Below are positions 34,388-43,456 of a stretch of DNA of 64,000 bases, piece after piece; within the stretch, counting starts at the first letter, position 1; every line of letters begins with the position of its first letter. Where the stretch lies: the NCBI GenBank assembly GCA_963666735.1, contig OY762926.1, positions 406,734-470,733 on the forward strand, given 5' to 3'. The notes under the pieces are model-generated. The model was not told where the DNA came from. It worked only from the letters and a program-made list of their open reading frames with translations, and ran no database searches. The position numbers and the translations under genes are program-made. This stretch comes from Gemmatimonadota bacterium. Its GTDB lineage: Bacteria > Gemmatimonadota > Gemmatimonadetes > Palauibacterales > Palauibacteraceae.

Positions 34388-34738
34388 TTAGTCGTCGGTC
34401 TCGGGGCGGCGCCGCTTCTTCTTCGTGAGGGAGCGGCGCCGTTTCTGTTCCAGCCGCTTCTCGCGGGCGGCCCGCGTCGGCTTCGTCGCGCGGCGCGGCG
34501 GGGGGGTGTAGTCGCGCTCCCTGAGGGCCGCCCGCAGACGCTCGAGCGCGCGGGCCCGGTTGCGGTGCTGGCTCCGGGATTCGCGCGCGGTCGCCACGAT
34601 GCCCGTGGGACGGTGCGTGAGCCGGACGGCCGACTCGGTCTTGTTCTGGTGCTGGCCGCCCGGACCGCCGGCCCTGAACGTCTCGACGGAACACTCGGCG
34701 AGCAGTTCCTCGTCGCTGCGTGACTCCGCGCTACTCAC
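34388..34738 (-). CDS. arfB: Alternative ribosome-rescue factor ArfB (peptidyl-tRNA hydrolase, GGQ)
   Basis: GTG start 5 nt after GGGAGG; '[22 protein letters not shown]' GGQ motif; basic C-terminal tail '[19 protein letters not shown]'. N-terminal spacing matches E. coli ArfB. Confidence 0.75.
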   Translation of the reverse strand: MSSAESRSDEELLAECSVETFRAGGPGGQHQNKTESAVRLTHRPTGIVATARESRSQHRNRARALERLRAALRERDYTPPPRRATKPTRAAREKRLEQKRRRSLTKKKRRRPETDD

Positions 34739-34823
34739 GGTTTCCTCCCATCGGATCGCAGGCCGGTCCCCGCCGTCCCGGGGTACCGACACGAAGACCG
34801 GTCCATCACCGTAACTTGTCCAC

Positions 34824-35405
34824 ATGAACGAGTCGACGCACAACTTCGAGACACAGCGGGAGACACGGCGGGACCTGGAGCGGGAGACGGCGGATCCGGC
34901 GGCCGTCGCCATTGCGGACGGAGTCCGTCACGGCCTGGACCCGCGGTCGATCCCGCTGAAGCGGGTCGTCGGCCGCATCGTCACGGCGTGCGTCTCCCTC
35001 CCGCTGGCGGCGGGCGTCGCCGTGGCGTGGGCTGCGGGCGGGCCGCCACCGGGCGTCGTGGCGGCCATCGTGAGCGGCTGGGTCGTCATCACCGGCGGGC
35101 TCGGCTGGTGGCTGCACCGCTGGGCGGTCCTCCATTACCGCTACGCCTCGTACACCGTCAACGAGGAGGACATCGAAATCCGGAGCGGGGTCGTGTGGCG
35201 GAAGGCGATCAGCGTACCGCGCTCCCGTGTCCAGCACACCGACGTGTCGCAGGGACCGCTCGAGCGTCGCTACGGCCTCGGCACGCTGGGCATCTATACC
35301 GCGGGAACCGACTACGCCAAGGTCTCCATCGACGGACTCGAGCATGAAACGGCGCTCCGAATCCGGGATCATCTCCTGCCGCCCGCGGGGGCCGATGCCG
35401 TCTGA
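34824..35405 (+). CDS. bPH_2 (YdbS-like) membrane protein
   Basis: Two TM helices then a PH-like '[57 protein letters not shown]'. Confidence 0.65.
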   Translation: MNESTHNFETQRETRRDLERETADPAAVAIADGVRHGLDPRSIPLKRVVGRIVTACVSLPLAAGVAVAWAAGGPPPGVVAAIVSGWVVITGGLGWWLHRWAVLHYRYASYTVNEEDIEIRSGVVWRKAISVPRSRVQHTDVSQGPLERRYGLGTLGIYTAGTDYAKVSIDGLEHETALRIRDHLLPPAGADAV

Positions 35406-37032
35406 GCCGACCGGGCTCGATCGGGCCACCGAGCCTTCGGAGGCGTCCGATTCCTCCCGGGCGACCGAGCACCGGCTTCACCCGCTGTCGATCGGTTTCT
35501 CGCTCGCGGGCCAGGTCCGGCGTGCGATCCTCCCTCTGATCGTCGGGGGCGCGTCGGCCAACTTCCTCGGCGGCGTGGAGATGCGTTTCGTCCTCCTCAT
35601 CGGACTCATCCCGCTCGTCGTGGGGTCCGTCGTTCGCTACCTGACCTTCCGGTATCGGTACGAGGAGGCGGAACTCGTGATTCGGAGCGGGCTTCTGTTT
35701 CGGCGCGAGCGGCACGTCCCCTACACCCGGATCCAGAACCTCGACGCGGTGCGGGGCGTCTTCCATCGCGTGCTGGGGGTCGTCGAGGTCCGGCTGCAAA
35801 CCGGCGGGGGGCAGGAACCCGAGGCGACGCTGACCGTACTGCCGCTGCCGGCCCTGGAAGCGTTGCGACAGCGAGTCCGCGAGGGAAAGCGGGAGGCGGC
35901 CGGGGAGATGACGGCCGCCGAGGAGGGGACGGCTGAGGAAGCGGCCACCGCCAGATCCCACGAGCCGCCGGTGGACCGCACCTCGGCCAGAGCGGCGGGG
36001 GGTCGCACCCTGCTGCATCTTCCCGCGCGCGAACTCCTGCTCCACGGCCTGCTCCAGAACCGCGGCATGGTGCTGATCGCGGCCGCCTTCGGCATTGCGT
36101 GGGAAACCGGGCTCTTCGAACGGGCCTCCGACTGGGTCGCCGGGGAGCAGTCGTGGATCGGCCCCGCGGTCGAGGGCGCGGCCGCGGACGTGGTGGCAGC
36201 CGGCATTCTGGCCACCGTGGCCGCCGTGGGAGCGCTGGTCGCCGCCTTCGTGATCCTTGCGCGGGTGCTTTCCATCGCCTGGACGCTCGTACGCCTCCAC
36301 GACTACCGCGTCGTGCGGTCCGAGGAGGGGCTGCGCGCCACATTCGGCATGCTGACGCAGGTCGCCGCCACCATCCCGCTGCGCCGCGTTCAGACGGTGA
36401 CGATCCACGAGGGACTGCTCCAGCGCTGGGCGGGCCGCGTCGCGGTCGGCGTCCAGACCGCCGGAGGCAGCGGCGGGCAGCCAGGCAACGCGGATCCGCA
36501 CCGGCACCGACTCGCGCCGATCCTGCGGCGGGAACGCCTGCGCGACTTCCTCCGGGAAGTGATCCCCGAACTGGACGCCCCCGAGGTCCGTTGGGAGCCC
36601 GTGTCTCCGCTCGCGTTCCGGCGCGTGGTGCGGGGAACGTGCTTCGTCGCCACGCTCGCGTCGGTTCCGCTCTACCTCACCCTCGGCGCCTGGGGCGTGG
36701 CCTTCCACGCCGCCTTTCTGGCCTGGGCCGTGTTCTACGCGCGGCGGTACGTTGACAGTCTCGGGTGGGCACTGAAGGACGACATGATCTGGTTCCGAAG
36801 CGGCTGGCTGTGGCGCCGCACGACGATCGCCCGCTACACCCGCATCCAGGTCGTGGCGCTGCGCGCGTCGCCGCTCGACCGCTGGCGCGACCTGGCGCGG
36901 CTCCGCGTGGACACCGCGGGCGCGGGCGCCGCCACCCACAAGGTAGACATCCCCTACCTGCCCGTGGCCACCGCCCGGGATCTGCGGAGGCACCTCGCCG
37001 CCGAAGCCGCTCGCACCGCCTTCCGCTGGTGA
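35395..37032 (+). CDS. YdbT-like membrane protein with repeated bPH_2 domains
   Basis: Start overlaps the ydbS-like stop; three repeats of the 'Y.Y..a.L...sG...R.e..VPy.RIQ' pattern. Confidence 0.65.
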   Translation: MPSEPTGLDRATEPSEASDSSRATEHRLHPLSIGFSLAGQVRRAILPLIVGGASANFLGGVEMRFVLLIGLIPLVVGSVVRYLTFRYRYEEAELVIRSGLLFRRERHVPYTRIQNLDAVRGVFHRVLGVVEVRLQTGGGQEPEATLTVLPLPALEALRQRVREGKREAAGEMTAAEEGTAEEAATARSHEPPVDRTSARAAGGRTLLHLPARELLLHGLLQNRGMVLIAAAFGIAWETGLFERASDWVAGEQSWIGPAVEGAAADVVAAGILATVAAVGALVAAFVILARVLSIAWTLVRLHDYRVVRSEEGLRATFGMLTQVAATIPLRRVQTVTIHEGLLQRWAGRVAVGVQTAGGSGGQPGNADPHRHRLAPILRRERLRDFLREVIPELDAPEVRWEPVSPLAFRRVVRGTCFVATLASVPLYLTLGAWGVAFHAAFLAWAVFYARRYVDSLGWALKDDMIWFRSGWLWRRTTIARYTRIQVVALRASPLDRWRDLARLRVDTAGAGAATHKVDIPYLPVATARDLRRHLAAEAARTAFRW

Positions 37033-37195
37033 GCATCTCGCTCAGGCGCCGGCCAACGTTGTCCGCAGATCCGTGGTGGCGTACGGTGCGCATCCGAATC
37101 ATGGAGGGCTTGTGGCGAGTAGAGACACGCATGAGCAGACGCTTGGGGGTGCCGGGGTGTGGAAGGAACCGCTCCGCGCGCAGCGTGCGAGTGGC

Positions 37196-37621
37196 ATGAA
37201 CGCAGTCGGCGAACCCCCCAGGTGGCGGTACAGGTATCGCAACTTCACGGGCGCGTTCACCCTGTTTCGCGAGGCGGCGGGCAGGGAACCGGGGTCGTTG
37301 AACGACCTGGAGCGCGAAGGGTTGGTCCAGCGCTTCGAGTACACGTTCGAGTTGGCGTGGAAGACCCTGAAGGATCTGCTCGAACACGACGGCGTCCAGT
37401 TGGCGACCGTCACGCCGCGCCATGTGATTCGCGAGGCGTTCGCGGCCGGGATGATCGATGACGGCCAGGGCTGGCTCGACATGCTGACGGATCGAAACGC
37501 GATGGCGCACGAATACGATCGCGCCGCCTTCGAGACCGTCGCGGCCCGAATCCACGGGCAGTATCTGCACCTCATCGAGACGGTGTGGATGCAACTGGGG
37601 GAGCGGGAGACGGACTCGTGA
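37196..37621 (+). CDS. HepT-like / HI0074-family nucleotidyltransferase substrate-binding protein (HEPN toxin of a type VII TA pair)
   Basis: Trimmed to 'MNAVGEPPRW'; R-x4-H-x-Y HEPN motif in 'TDRNAMAHEY'. Confidence 0.65.
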   Translation: MNAVGEPPRWRYRYRNFTGAFTLFREAAGREPGSLNDLEREGLVQRFEYTFELAWKTLKDLLEHDGVQLATVTPRHVIREAFAAGMIDDGQGWLDMLTDRNAMAHEYDRAAFETVAARIHGQYLHLIETVWMQLGERETDS

Positions 37622-37950
37622 TGGCTCCGCCGCCGATCTCGGCTCGCGCCGTCCTCGACGACGGCTTGCTGGGGAAGCTGACACGGGTCTTCGCGACCTA
37701 TCCCGATCTTGAGTCCGTCACGCTCTTCGGCTCGCGCGCCACGGGAACGGCCACTCCCCGGTCGGACATCGACCTCGCCACGAGGGGCATCCGCGATCGC
37801 CGCACCCTGGGCCGGCTCATTCTCGACCTCGAGGATCTCGACGTGCCGCAGAAAGTCGACGCAAAGGCCCTCGAGAACATCCGATACGCCCCCCTTGTCC
37901 GGCACATCGAGACGGTGGGCGTCGTGATCTACCGACGCCCGACCCCCTGA
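37621..37950 (+). CDS. Minimal nucleotidyltransferase (MNT/MntA-like antitoxin)
   Basis: Start overlaps the upstream stop by 1 nt (TGATG); 'LFGSRATGTATPRSDIDL' (GS...DxD NTase motif). Confidence 0.7.
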   Translation: MAPPPISARAVLDDGLLGKLTRVFATYPDLESVTLFGSRATGTATPRSDIDLATRGIRDRRTLGRLILDLEDLDVPQKVDAKALENIRYAPLVRHIETVGVVIYRRPTP

Positions 37951-37978
37951 GCCGAGTCCCGCCAGGGCGGCGGCCCGG

Positions 37979-39925
37979 TCAGGGGCTGCTGATCTCCTCG
38001 CGGAGGGCCTCGACGCGCCAGGAGAACTCCTCGTCCAGCTTCAGCGCGGTGCCGATCTTCACGAACTGGATGTAGCCCTCCCGGTCGACGAACCACGTGG
38101 TCGGCCAGGCGCTCACGCCGGCGCGCTCCACGTAGTTGTCGTCCACCAGCACCGTGAAGTCGAAGTCGTTCTTCGCCAGGTACTCCTCGATCCCCTCGCG
38201 GCTCCCGTTACGGTTCTCATAGAGTGCTTCGAGCGCCGTCTCGTTGGGGTTCTCGCCCCGGCTCGCGCCGAATCCCGCGATGTAGGAGTCCTCGGCCCGG
38301 TCCAGCCACGCCGTAGCCGCCTCCACGTCTCCTCCTTCCTCCGCTTCGGCGGCCAACTGCTCGTATACCTGACCCGCGTGGTACCTCGCGTCGCGGTTGC
38401 GATCGGCGAGCGCCAGCGCCCGCTCGAGCACATGTCGTCCGTCCTCCGCGCGGCCGGCCTTGAAGTAAGCCCACCCGATCACGTCGTAGACGCCGCTCAG
38501 GTAGGATCGAAGGGCCTGGTCGAACTCGCCTTCCGTGTCGTAGAAACGGCGGGTCTCCATCACGCGCTCCAGCATGATCGGCATGCCATTGCGGACCATA
38601 TCCGCCGCTTCGAGCGCGTATGGCGTGTGGTCGATCATCGCGAGCGGAGCGTCCCCGTAGGTGATGTGGGGATTGAGGCGTTCGTACTTCACGAGCCCCC
38701 GGATCGCCTCGGCCAACTCTTCCGCCGGGACGGGGTCCATCGCCTGGAGCGCCGAGTAGAGATCGAGATAGATGCCGCCATTGAAACGGTCGCTGTAGAG
38801 CGGTCGCTCCAGGTAGCGGTACGCCGCATCGCGAACCACAGGGAGTTCAGCGCGATACTCCGGCGAGTCGTCGCCGTGCGCTTCCCACATCTCCTGTCGC
38901 TGCCTGCTTGCTCTCCGGGTCTCCTCCAGGTAGACGAGCATCGCGTGATAGCCGCCCGGATCGTTCTGGACGATTCGGGCCTCGAGTTCGGCGGCGCGCT
39001 CCTCGTTTTCCATCTGCCGGTACATGGAAGCCATGGTCTGCAGGCCTTCGACGGTCTCGGGGCTCGCTGCGCGGTATGCCGCCATGCTCGCTTCGACCGC
39101 CGCCTGCCGCTCCTCCCCGGGAAGGAGGTCGGACATCCACAGACCGCGCCAGTGCTGGCTCCGCACTTCCCCCGACCCCGGCGCGAGTTCGAGGGCCGCT
39201 TCCATGAGCGGCGTCCACTCGTCCATGCGGCGGGCCTGATAGGCCTCGTTGGCGAGCCTCGTGTACCCCAGAACGTGGTCCGGGAACTTCTCGTTGAGCA
39301 CGGCCCATGTCGCCCGGCTGGAATCCGCCCACGCGGGGTCGTCCATTTCATAGCGGGCCTGGGACTCCAGTTCGGCCCGCATGCGGAGCATCTCCGGCCA
39401 GCCGCGGGTCTCCTCGTCCAGCCCTCCGAGGAACTTCCACGCCGCCTGGAAATCGTCGCGCCGCAGCGCGTTCAGGTAGAGGAACGCGAACTCGGGCTGC
39501 GACGACGCCTCCCACGCCTCGAGGGCCATCTCGTGGGCGGGTCCGGCCTCGTTGTCGACGAGGTGCGCGTACGCCCTGGCGTAGATGCCCCACGGATTCC
39601 CGGGGTCGTCCGCCAGAACCGCGTCGGCTTGCTCGTGGATCTCCTTCGACAGCCCCCAGCCCACGAGCTGGTAGGCGTAAAGGCCTCGGAGTTCCGCGTC
39701 GTCCGGAGCGCGGACGACCCACGCTTCCCCGAACAGTTTTCCGGCCTCGAAGGTGCGCAGCCGCGCGTGGTCCCGAAGTTGGGCCTTCGCGGCTTCCAGT
39801 TCCTCCGCGATGTAGTCGGGCGGCGTGGCGCCGTCCCCGCAGGCTCCAAGCAACGCGCTCGCGGACACAACCAGCGGAAGAATAGGTCCGACCTTCGAGC
39901 CGGGACGGCGGGAACGCGTCGACAT
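37979..39925 (-). CDS. TPR-like helical-repeat lipoprotein with C-terminal redox-inactive thioredoxin-like (TlpA-like) fold
   Basis: Trimmed to 'MSTRSRRPGSKVGPILPLVVSASALLGACGDG' (lipobox). C-terminal 'FDFTVLVDDNYVERAGVSAWPTTWFVDREGYIQF' is TlpA/ResA-like, but there is no CxxC upstream. Confidence 0.55.
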   Translation of the reverse strand: MSTRSRRPGSKVGPILPLVVSASALLGACGDGATPPDYIAEELEAAKAQLRDHARLRTFEAGKLFGEAWVVRAPDDAELRGLYAYQLVGWGLSKEIHEQADAVLADDPGNPWGIYARAYAHLVDNEAGPAHEMALEAWEASSQPEFAFLYLNALRRDDFQAAWKFLGGLDEETRGWPEMLRMRAELESQARYEMDDPAWADSSRATWAVLNEKFPDHVLGYTRLANEAYQARRMDEWTPLMEAALELAPGSGEVRSQHWRGLWMSDLLPGEERQAAVEASMAAYRAASPETVEGLQTMASMYRQMENEERAAELEARIVQNDPGGYHAMLVYLEETRRASRQRQEMWEAHGDDSPEYRAELPVVRDAAYRYLERPLYSDRFNGGIYLDLYSALQAMDPVPAEELAEAIRGLVKYERLNPHITYGDAPLAMIDHTPYALEAADMVRNGMPIMLERVMETRRFYDTEGEFDQALRSYLSGVYDVIGWAYFKAGRAEDGRHVLERALALADRNRDARYHAGQVYEQLAAEAEEGGDVEAATAWLDRAEDSYIAGFGASRGENPNETALEALYENRNGSREGIEEYLAKNDFDFTVLVDDNYVERAGVSAWPTTWFVDREGYIQFVKIGTALKLDEEFSWRVEALREEISSP

Positions 39926-40097
39926 CGCACACCTCCGGGGCGGGGACAGCCCGAGCCTCGCGCGGCCCGGCCTCTCAACCTGTACAGACGTCGACATCAC
40001 CAAAAGGGTTTTCCGCACACCGGCGCCCGATCCGATATCACGTGAACCCGCGGCCCGCCGTTGAGATCCCGTTGAGCCGGAGCCGGACATCCATCGT

Positions 40098-41666
40098 ATG
40101 TTGCCTGCGATGATCGAGCCCCGCGCCCCCGACCCCGGATCCGTCCTGCGCGACGTCTTCGGCTACGACGAGTTCCGGCCGGGACAGGCGCACATCATCG
40201 ATTCCGTCCTGGCGGGACGCGACTGCATCGGCGTCATGCCCACCGGCGCGGGGAAGTCCCTCACGTTCCAGATCCCCGCGCGCCTCATGCCGGGAACCGT
40301 GCTCGTCCTCTCCCCGCTCATCAGCCTGATGAAGGATCAGGTCGATGCGCTCCGCGACGTCGGATTCCGGGCCACGGCGATCAACTCCTCGCTCGCCCCC
40401 GACGAGCGCCGGCGCCGGCTGCGGGGATTCGAGCGCGGGGACTACGAACTCGTCTACCTGGCTCCGGAAGCCCTGGGCCCGCACATGCGGGAACGCCTGC
40501 GTTACGCGCCGCTCTCCTTGATCGTCGTCGATGAGGCGCACTGCATTTCGCAATGGGGACACGACTTTCGTCCTTCCTACCGGGCGCTTCAGGGACTGCG
40601 CGACGAGATTCGCGACGAAGGCGCGGGAGGGAACGGACTGCCGATTCTCGCGCTCACCGCGACCGCCACGCGAAGGGTCGCTGCCGACATCGTTCGACAG
40701 TTGGGCATGACGAAGCCCGAGGGATACAAGGGTTCCTTCTTTCGCTCGAACCTCCGTGTCGTCTGCCGAAAGAAGGGGGAGGGGAATACGCGGGCCGAGA
40801 TTCTCGGGCTCATCCGCCGCCACCGGGGCGAGAGCGGGATCGTCTACTGTCTGTCGCGAAAGTCCGTGGAGCAGATGGCCGAGTTCCTGCGGCGGGAGGG
40901 CGTCGATGCCGTCCCGTACCACGCGGGACTCGACGACGACGCGCGGGCCGAGCATCAGGACGCGTTCGCCCGCGACGAGGTCGACGTGGTCGTGGCGACG
41001 ATCGCGTTCGGGATGGGGATCGACAAATCGAACGTGCGCTTCGTCATCCACCGGGACATGCCGTCGGACATCGAATCGTGGTACCAGGAGATCGGACGGG
41101 CGGGGCGGGACGGGCTCCCCAGCGACTGCGTGCTCTTCTACTCGTGGGCGGACGTAAAGGTGCGCGAGCGATTCCTCGCCGAAATCGACGATCCGACCGT
41201 GCGCGAGGCGAAACGCCGGGCGGCCGTCGACCTCTTCCGGCTCGCGGATCGGGACGCGTGCCGCCATCGCGGGCTGCTCGCCTACTTCGGGGAGGACTTC
41301 GAGGGGTGCGGCGAATCGTGCGACGTGTGCACGGGACTCGGCGTGACGGACCTCGTGGACGTGCTTCCCGTCCTCAGGCGGAAGGCGCGCGCGGCGGGCT
41401 CCCGGCGGCGGATCGAGGCGGCCGGGATCGACCGGTCGCCGTCGGACCCCACCTTCCAGCACCTCCGCACCCTGCGGAAGCAACTGGCGGACGCGCGCGG
41501 AGTCCCCGCCTACATCGTGTTCAGCGACCAGGTGCTGTGGGATCTGATCGACATGCGCCCCGCCTCGCCCGAGGAGATGCTGCGGGTGCCCGGCATCGGC
41601 CCCGCCAAGCTCCAGCAATACGGCGAGATCTTCCTGGACGCGCTGCGCGAAGCGCGCGACGGCTGA
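40098..41666 (+). CDS. recQ: ATP-dependent DNA helicase RecQ
   Basis: 'GVMPTGAGKSLTFQIPA' (motif I), 'DEAHCISQWGHDFRPSY' (motif II), 'TATAT', Zn-binding Cys cluster 'CRHRGLLAYFGEDFEGCGESCDVC', C-terminal HRDC-like. Confidence 0.9.
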   Translation: MLPAMIEPRAPDPGSVLRDVFGYDEFRPGQAHIIDSVLAGRDCIGVMPTGAGKSLTFQIPARLMPGTVLVLSPLISLMKDQVDALRDVGFRATAINSSLAPDERRRRLRGFERGDYELVYLAPEALGPHMRERLRYAPLSLIVVDEAHCISQWGHDFRPSYRALQGLRDEIRDEGAGGNGLPILALTATATRRVAADIVRQLGMTKPEGYKGSFFRSNLRVVCRKKGEGNTRAEILGLIRRHRGESGIVYCLSRKSVEQMAEFLRREGVDAVPYHAGLDDDARAEHQDAFARDEVDVVVATIAFGMGIDKSNVRFVIHRDMPSDIESWYQEIGRAGRDGLPSDCVLFYSWADVKVRERFLAEIDDPTVREAKRRAAVDLFRLADRDACRHRGLLAYFGEDFEGCGESCDVCTGLGVTDLVDVLPVLRRKARAAGSRRRIEAAGIDRSPSDPTFQHLRTLRKQLADARGVPAYIVFSDQVLWDLIDMRPASPEEMLRVPGIGPAKLQQYGEIFLDALREARDG

Positions 41667-41759
41667 ATTCACGATTTCGTCCAGATGACGCCGCCGCCGC
41701 AGCGCGACTCCGATCCGGCGAACTCGGCCGGCAACTGGGAGAGGCCTCGATACACCTCG

Positions 41760-42068
41760 ATGCTTCTGAAGACTGCGCTCTCCGCGGTCGTTCTGCACGG
41801 GGTCTTCACGGTCGGAATTCCGGCGCTAATCCTTCGGCACACGGGCGCAATCTCGCTGCTCGCCGTAGATGTCGGGCGGTTCCGCTGGCTCGGTGCGCCA
41901 CCGGGAGCCTTCGGTGTTTACCTCTATCTCTGGTCGGTCGTGCGTTTGCTGCGGAAGCGTACATTGGCGGTCCCCTGCAAGGCTCCAAGCGTGCTCATGA
42001 CGGACGGTCGGTACGCGCATGCCCGCCCGCGAGTGCGGCGGGACTCGCGATCCGGCCGCTCCGGGTAG
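41760..42068 (+). CDS. Small membrane protein, ICMT/PEMT-like fragment (possibly truncated)
   Basis: TM helices; 'LMTDGRYAHAR' resembles the 'L.T.G.Y...RHP' motif, but the family C-terminal motif is absent. Confidence 0.3.
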   Translation: MLLKTALSAVVLHGVFTVGIPALILRHTGAISLLAVDVGRFRWLGAPPGAFGVYLYLWSVVRLLRKRTLAVPCKAPSVLMTDGRYAHARPRVRRDSRSGRSG

Positions 42069-42076
42069 CGCCGCCG

Positions 42077-42910
42077 ATGCCGAAGGTCTTTTTTCACGTG
42101 GGGGCGGGACGGGCGGCCTCGCGCTGGCTGCAGGAACGCGTGTTTCCGCGTTTCCGAGGCGTGCGTTACATCCCGCGCACCCGGTTTCGGCAGAGCGCGA
42201 AGGTCGTGCGGCGGGGCGGAGATCTTCCCGTTCTCGTGTCCCGACAACTCGGATACCGCGAGTTGACGCCCGCCGTGCAGTGGTTCGCGCGCGTGGCGCC
42301 GGCGGCTCGGCCGATCCTGATCCTGCGCCGTCACGATGAGTGGCTTCGGTCGGTGTATCTCCGGGAGATCAAGGAATTGCGGTACGTCCCGTTCGAGGCC
42401 TTCATCGACTTCGAGCGCGACGAAGGCGTCCGGCCCCGGTCCTCGGCCCTCTTCCGCGAGCGCATACGGGTGCTCGAGGCTCATTTCGAGCATCGGCCCC
42501 TCGTCCTCTTCTTCGACCGGCTCGTCGAGGATCCGCGGGGGTTCGTTCGCACCATCGCGGACTATGTGGGCGCGGGCTACGAGGAGGCGGAGATCTCGTT
42601 CCGCCCGTCGAACCGTTCGTATCGCGAGCGGCAGTACCGGTTCCTGCGAGAAGTGGGTCGACGCTGGCCCGTGAAGCCGCGGGAAGAGCCCGCGGCCGCA
42701 GCCCTCCGCTGGCTCCGCGTGCGGTCTCGCCGTCTCGCCTGGCACGCCGGCGTCGCGCTCGGCCGCGTCGCACCGGAGCGGATCCTGAGTTCCGACCCGC
42801 TTCTCACGGAGGAACAACTCGCGCGCCCGCGTGCCTTCTACGAAGCGGACTGGCAGGCCTGCGTGGACTACGCCCGCCGACACAACCCGGGACTCGTGGC
42901 GGCGGATTGA
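42077..42910 (+). CDS. Sulfotransferase-family protein (putative)
   Basis: Real start 'MPKVFFHVGAGRAAS' inside the long artefactual 785-aa frame; 'LRRHDEWLRSVY' resembles the 3'-PAPS-binding R.P.d...S motif. Confidence 0.45.
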   Translation: MPKVFFHVGAGRAASRWLQERVFPRFRGVRYIPRTRFRQSAKVVRRGGDLPVLVSRQLGYRELTPAVQWFARVAPAARPILILRRHDEWLRSVYLREIKELRYVPFEAFIDFERDEGVRPRSSALFRERIRVLEAHFEHRPLVLFFDRLVEDPRGFVRTIADYVGAGYEEAEISFRPSNRSYRERQYRFLREVGRRWPVKPREEPAAAALRWLRVRSRRLAWHAGVALGRVAPERILSSDPLLTEEQLARPRAFYEADWQACVDYARRHNPGLVAAD

Positions 42911-43027
42911 CCGGACGCCGAAGACGGCGGCGGACTCGCCGCATCCGAGCGCGCCCCACAGATTTCCGCCCCTGTGATCCGTTGCTGACGACTTTCCGGA
43001 GGACGCATGCCCCGACCACGGTTCGTT

Positions 43028-43456
43028 ATGCCCCGCGTTGCCCCAGCCCTGCTGGCCCTCGGGTGGCTGGCGACCGGCCCGATACCCGCCGCCGCGCAGG
43101 AGCGCTTTCCCGACCCTCCTCCGGAACACGGTCTGTATTCGGATGCGGTGCGGGTGGGGGATCTCGTCTTTCTCGCGGGCGTCGTGAACCGCGATCCCGA
43201 TCCCGCCACCCAGTTCCGCAACACCTTCCGCCGGATCGGCCAGATTCTCGAGGATGCCGGGTCGAGCCTCGAGCGAGTGATCGACATCACGACCTATCAC
43301 CTCGACATGCACGTCCACATCGATGCCTTCATCGAGGTCAAGGACGAGTTCCTGCCCGAGCTCCCGTCATGGACGGCCGTGGGGGTGGCGGAACTGTACA
43401 GCCCCGGCGTGCTGATAGAGGTCAAGGTGATTGCCGCGGTGGATGACGATGGCTGA
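43028..43456 (+). CDS. RidA/YjgF/L-PSP family protein, secreted
   Basis: Signal 'MPRVAPALLALGWLATGPIPAAAQ'; 'TTYHLDM...AVGVAEL..PGVLIEV' family C-terminus. Confidence 0.7.
   Translation: MPRVAPALLALGWLATGPIPAAAQERFPDPPPEHGLYSDAVRVGDLVFLAGVVNRDPDPATQFRNTFRRIGQILEDAGSSLERVIDITTYHLDMHVHIDAFIEVKDEFLPELPSWTAVGVAELYSPGVLIEVKVIAAVDDDG

Noticed and set aside
35209-36993. 594-aa minus-strand ORF
   Set aside because: Antisense to the ydbT-like gene; Arg/Pro-rich low complexity.
40553-42910. 785-aa plus-strand ORF
   Set aside because: Alternative frame across recQ (Arg-rich nonsense); only the C-terminal 277 codons (42077-42910, sulfotransferase-like) look like protein.
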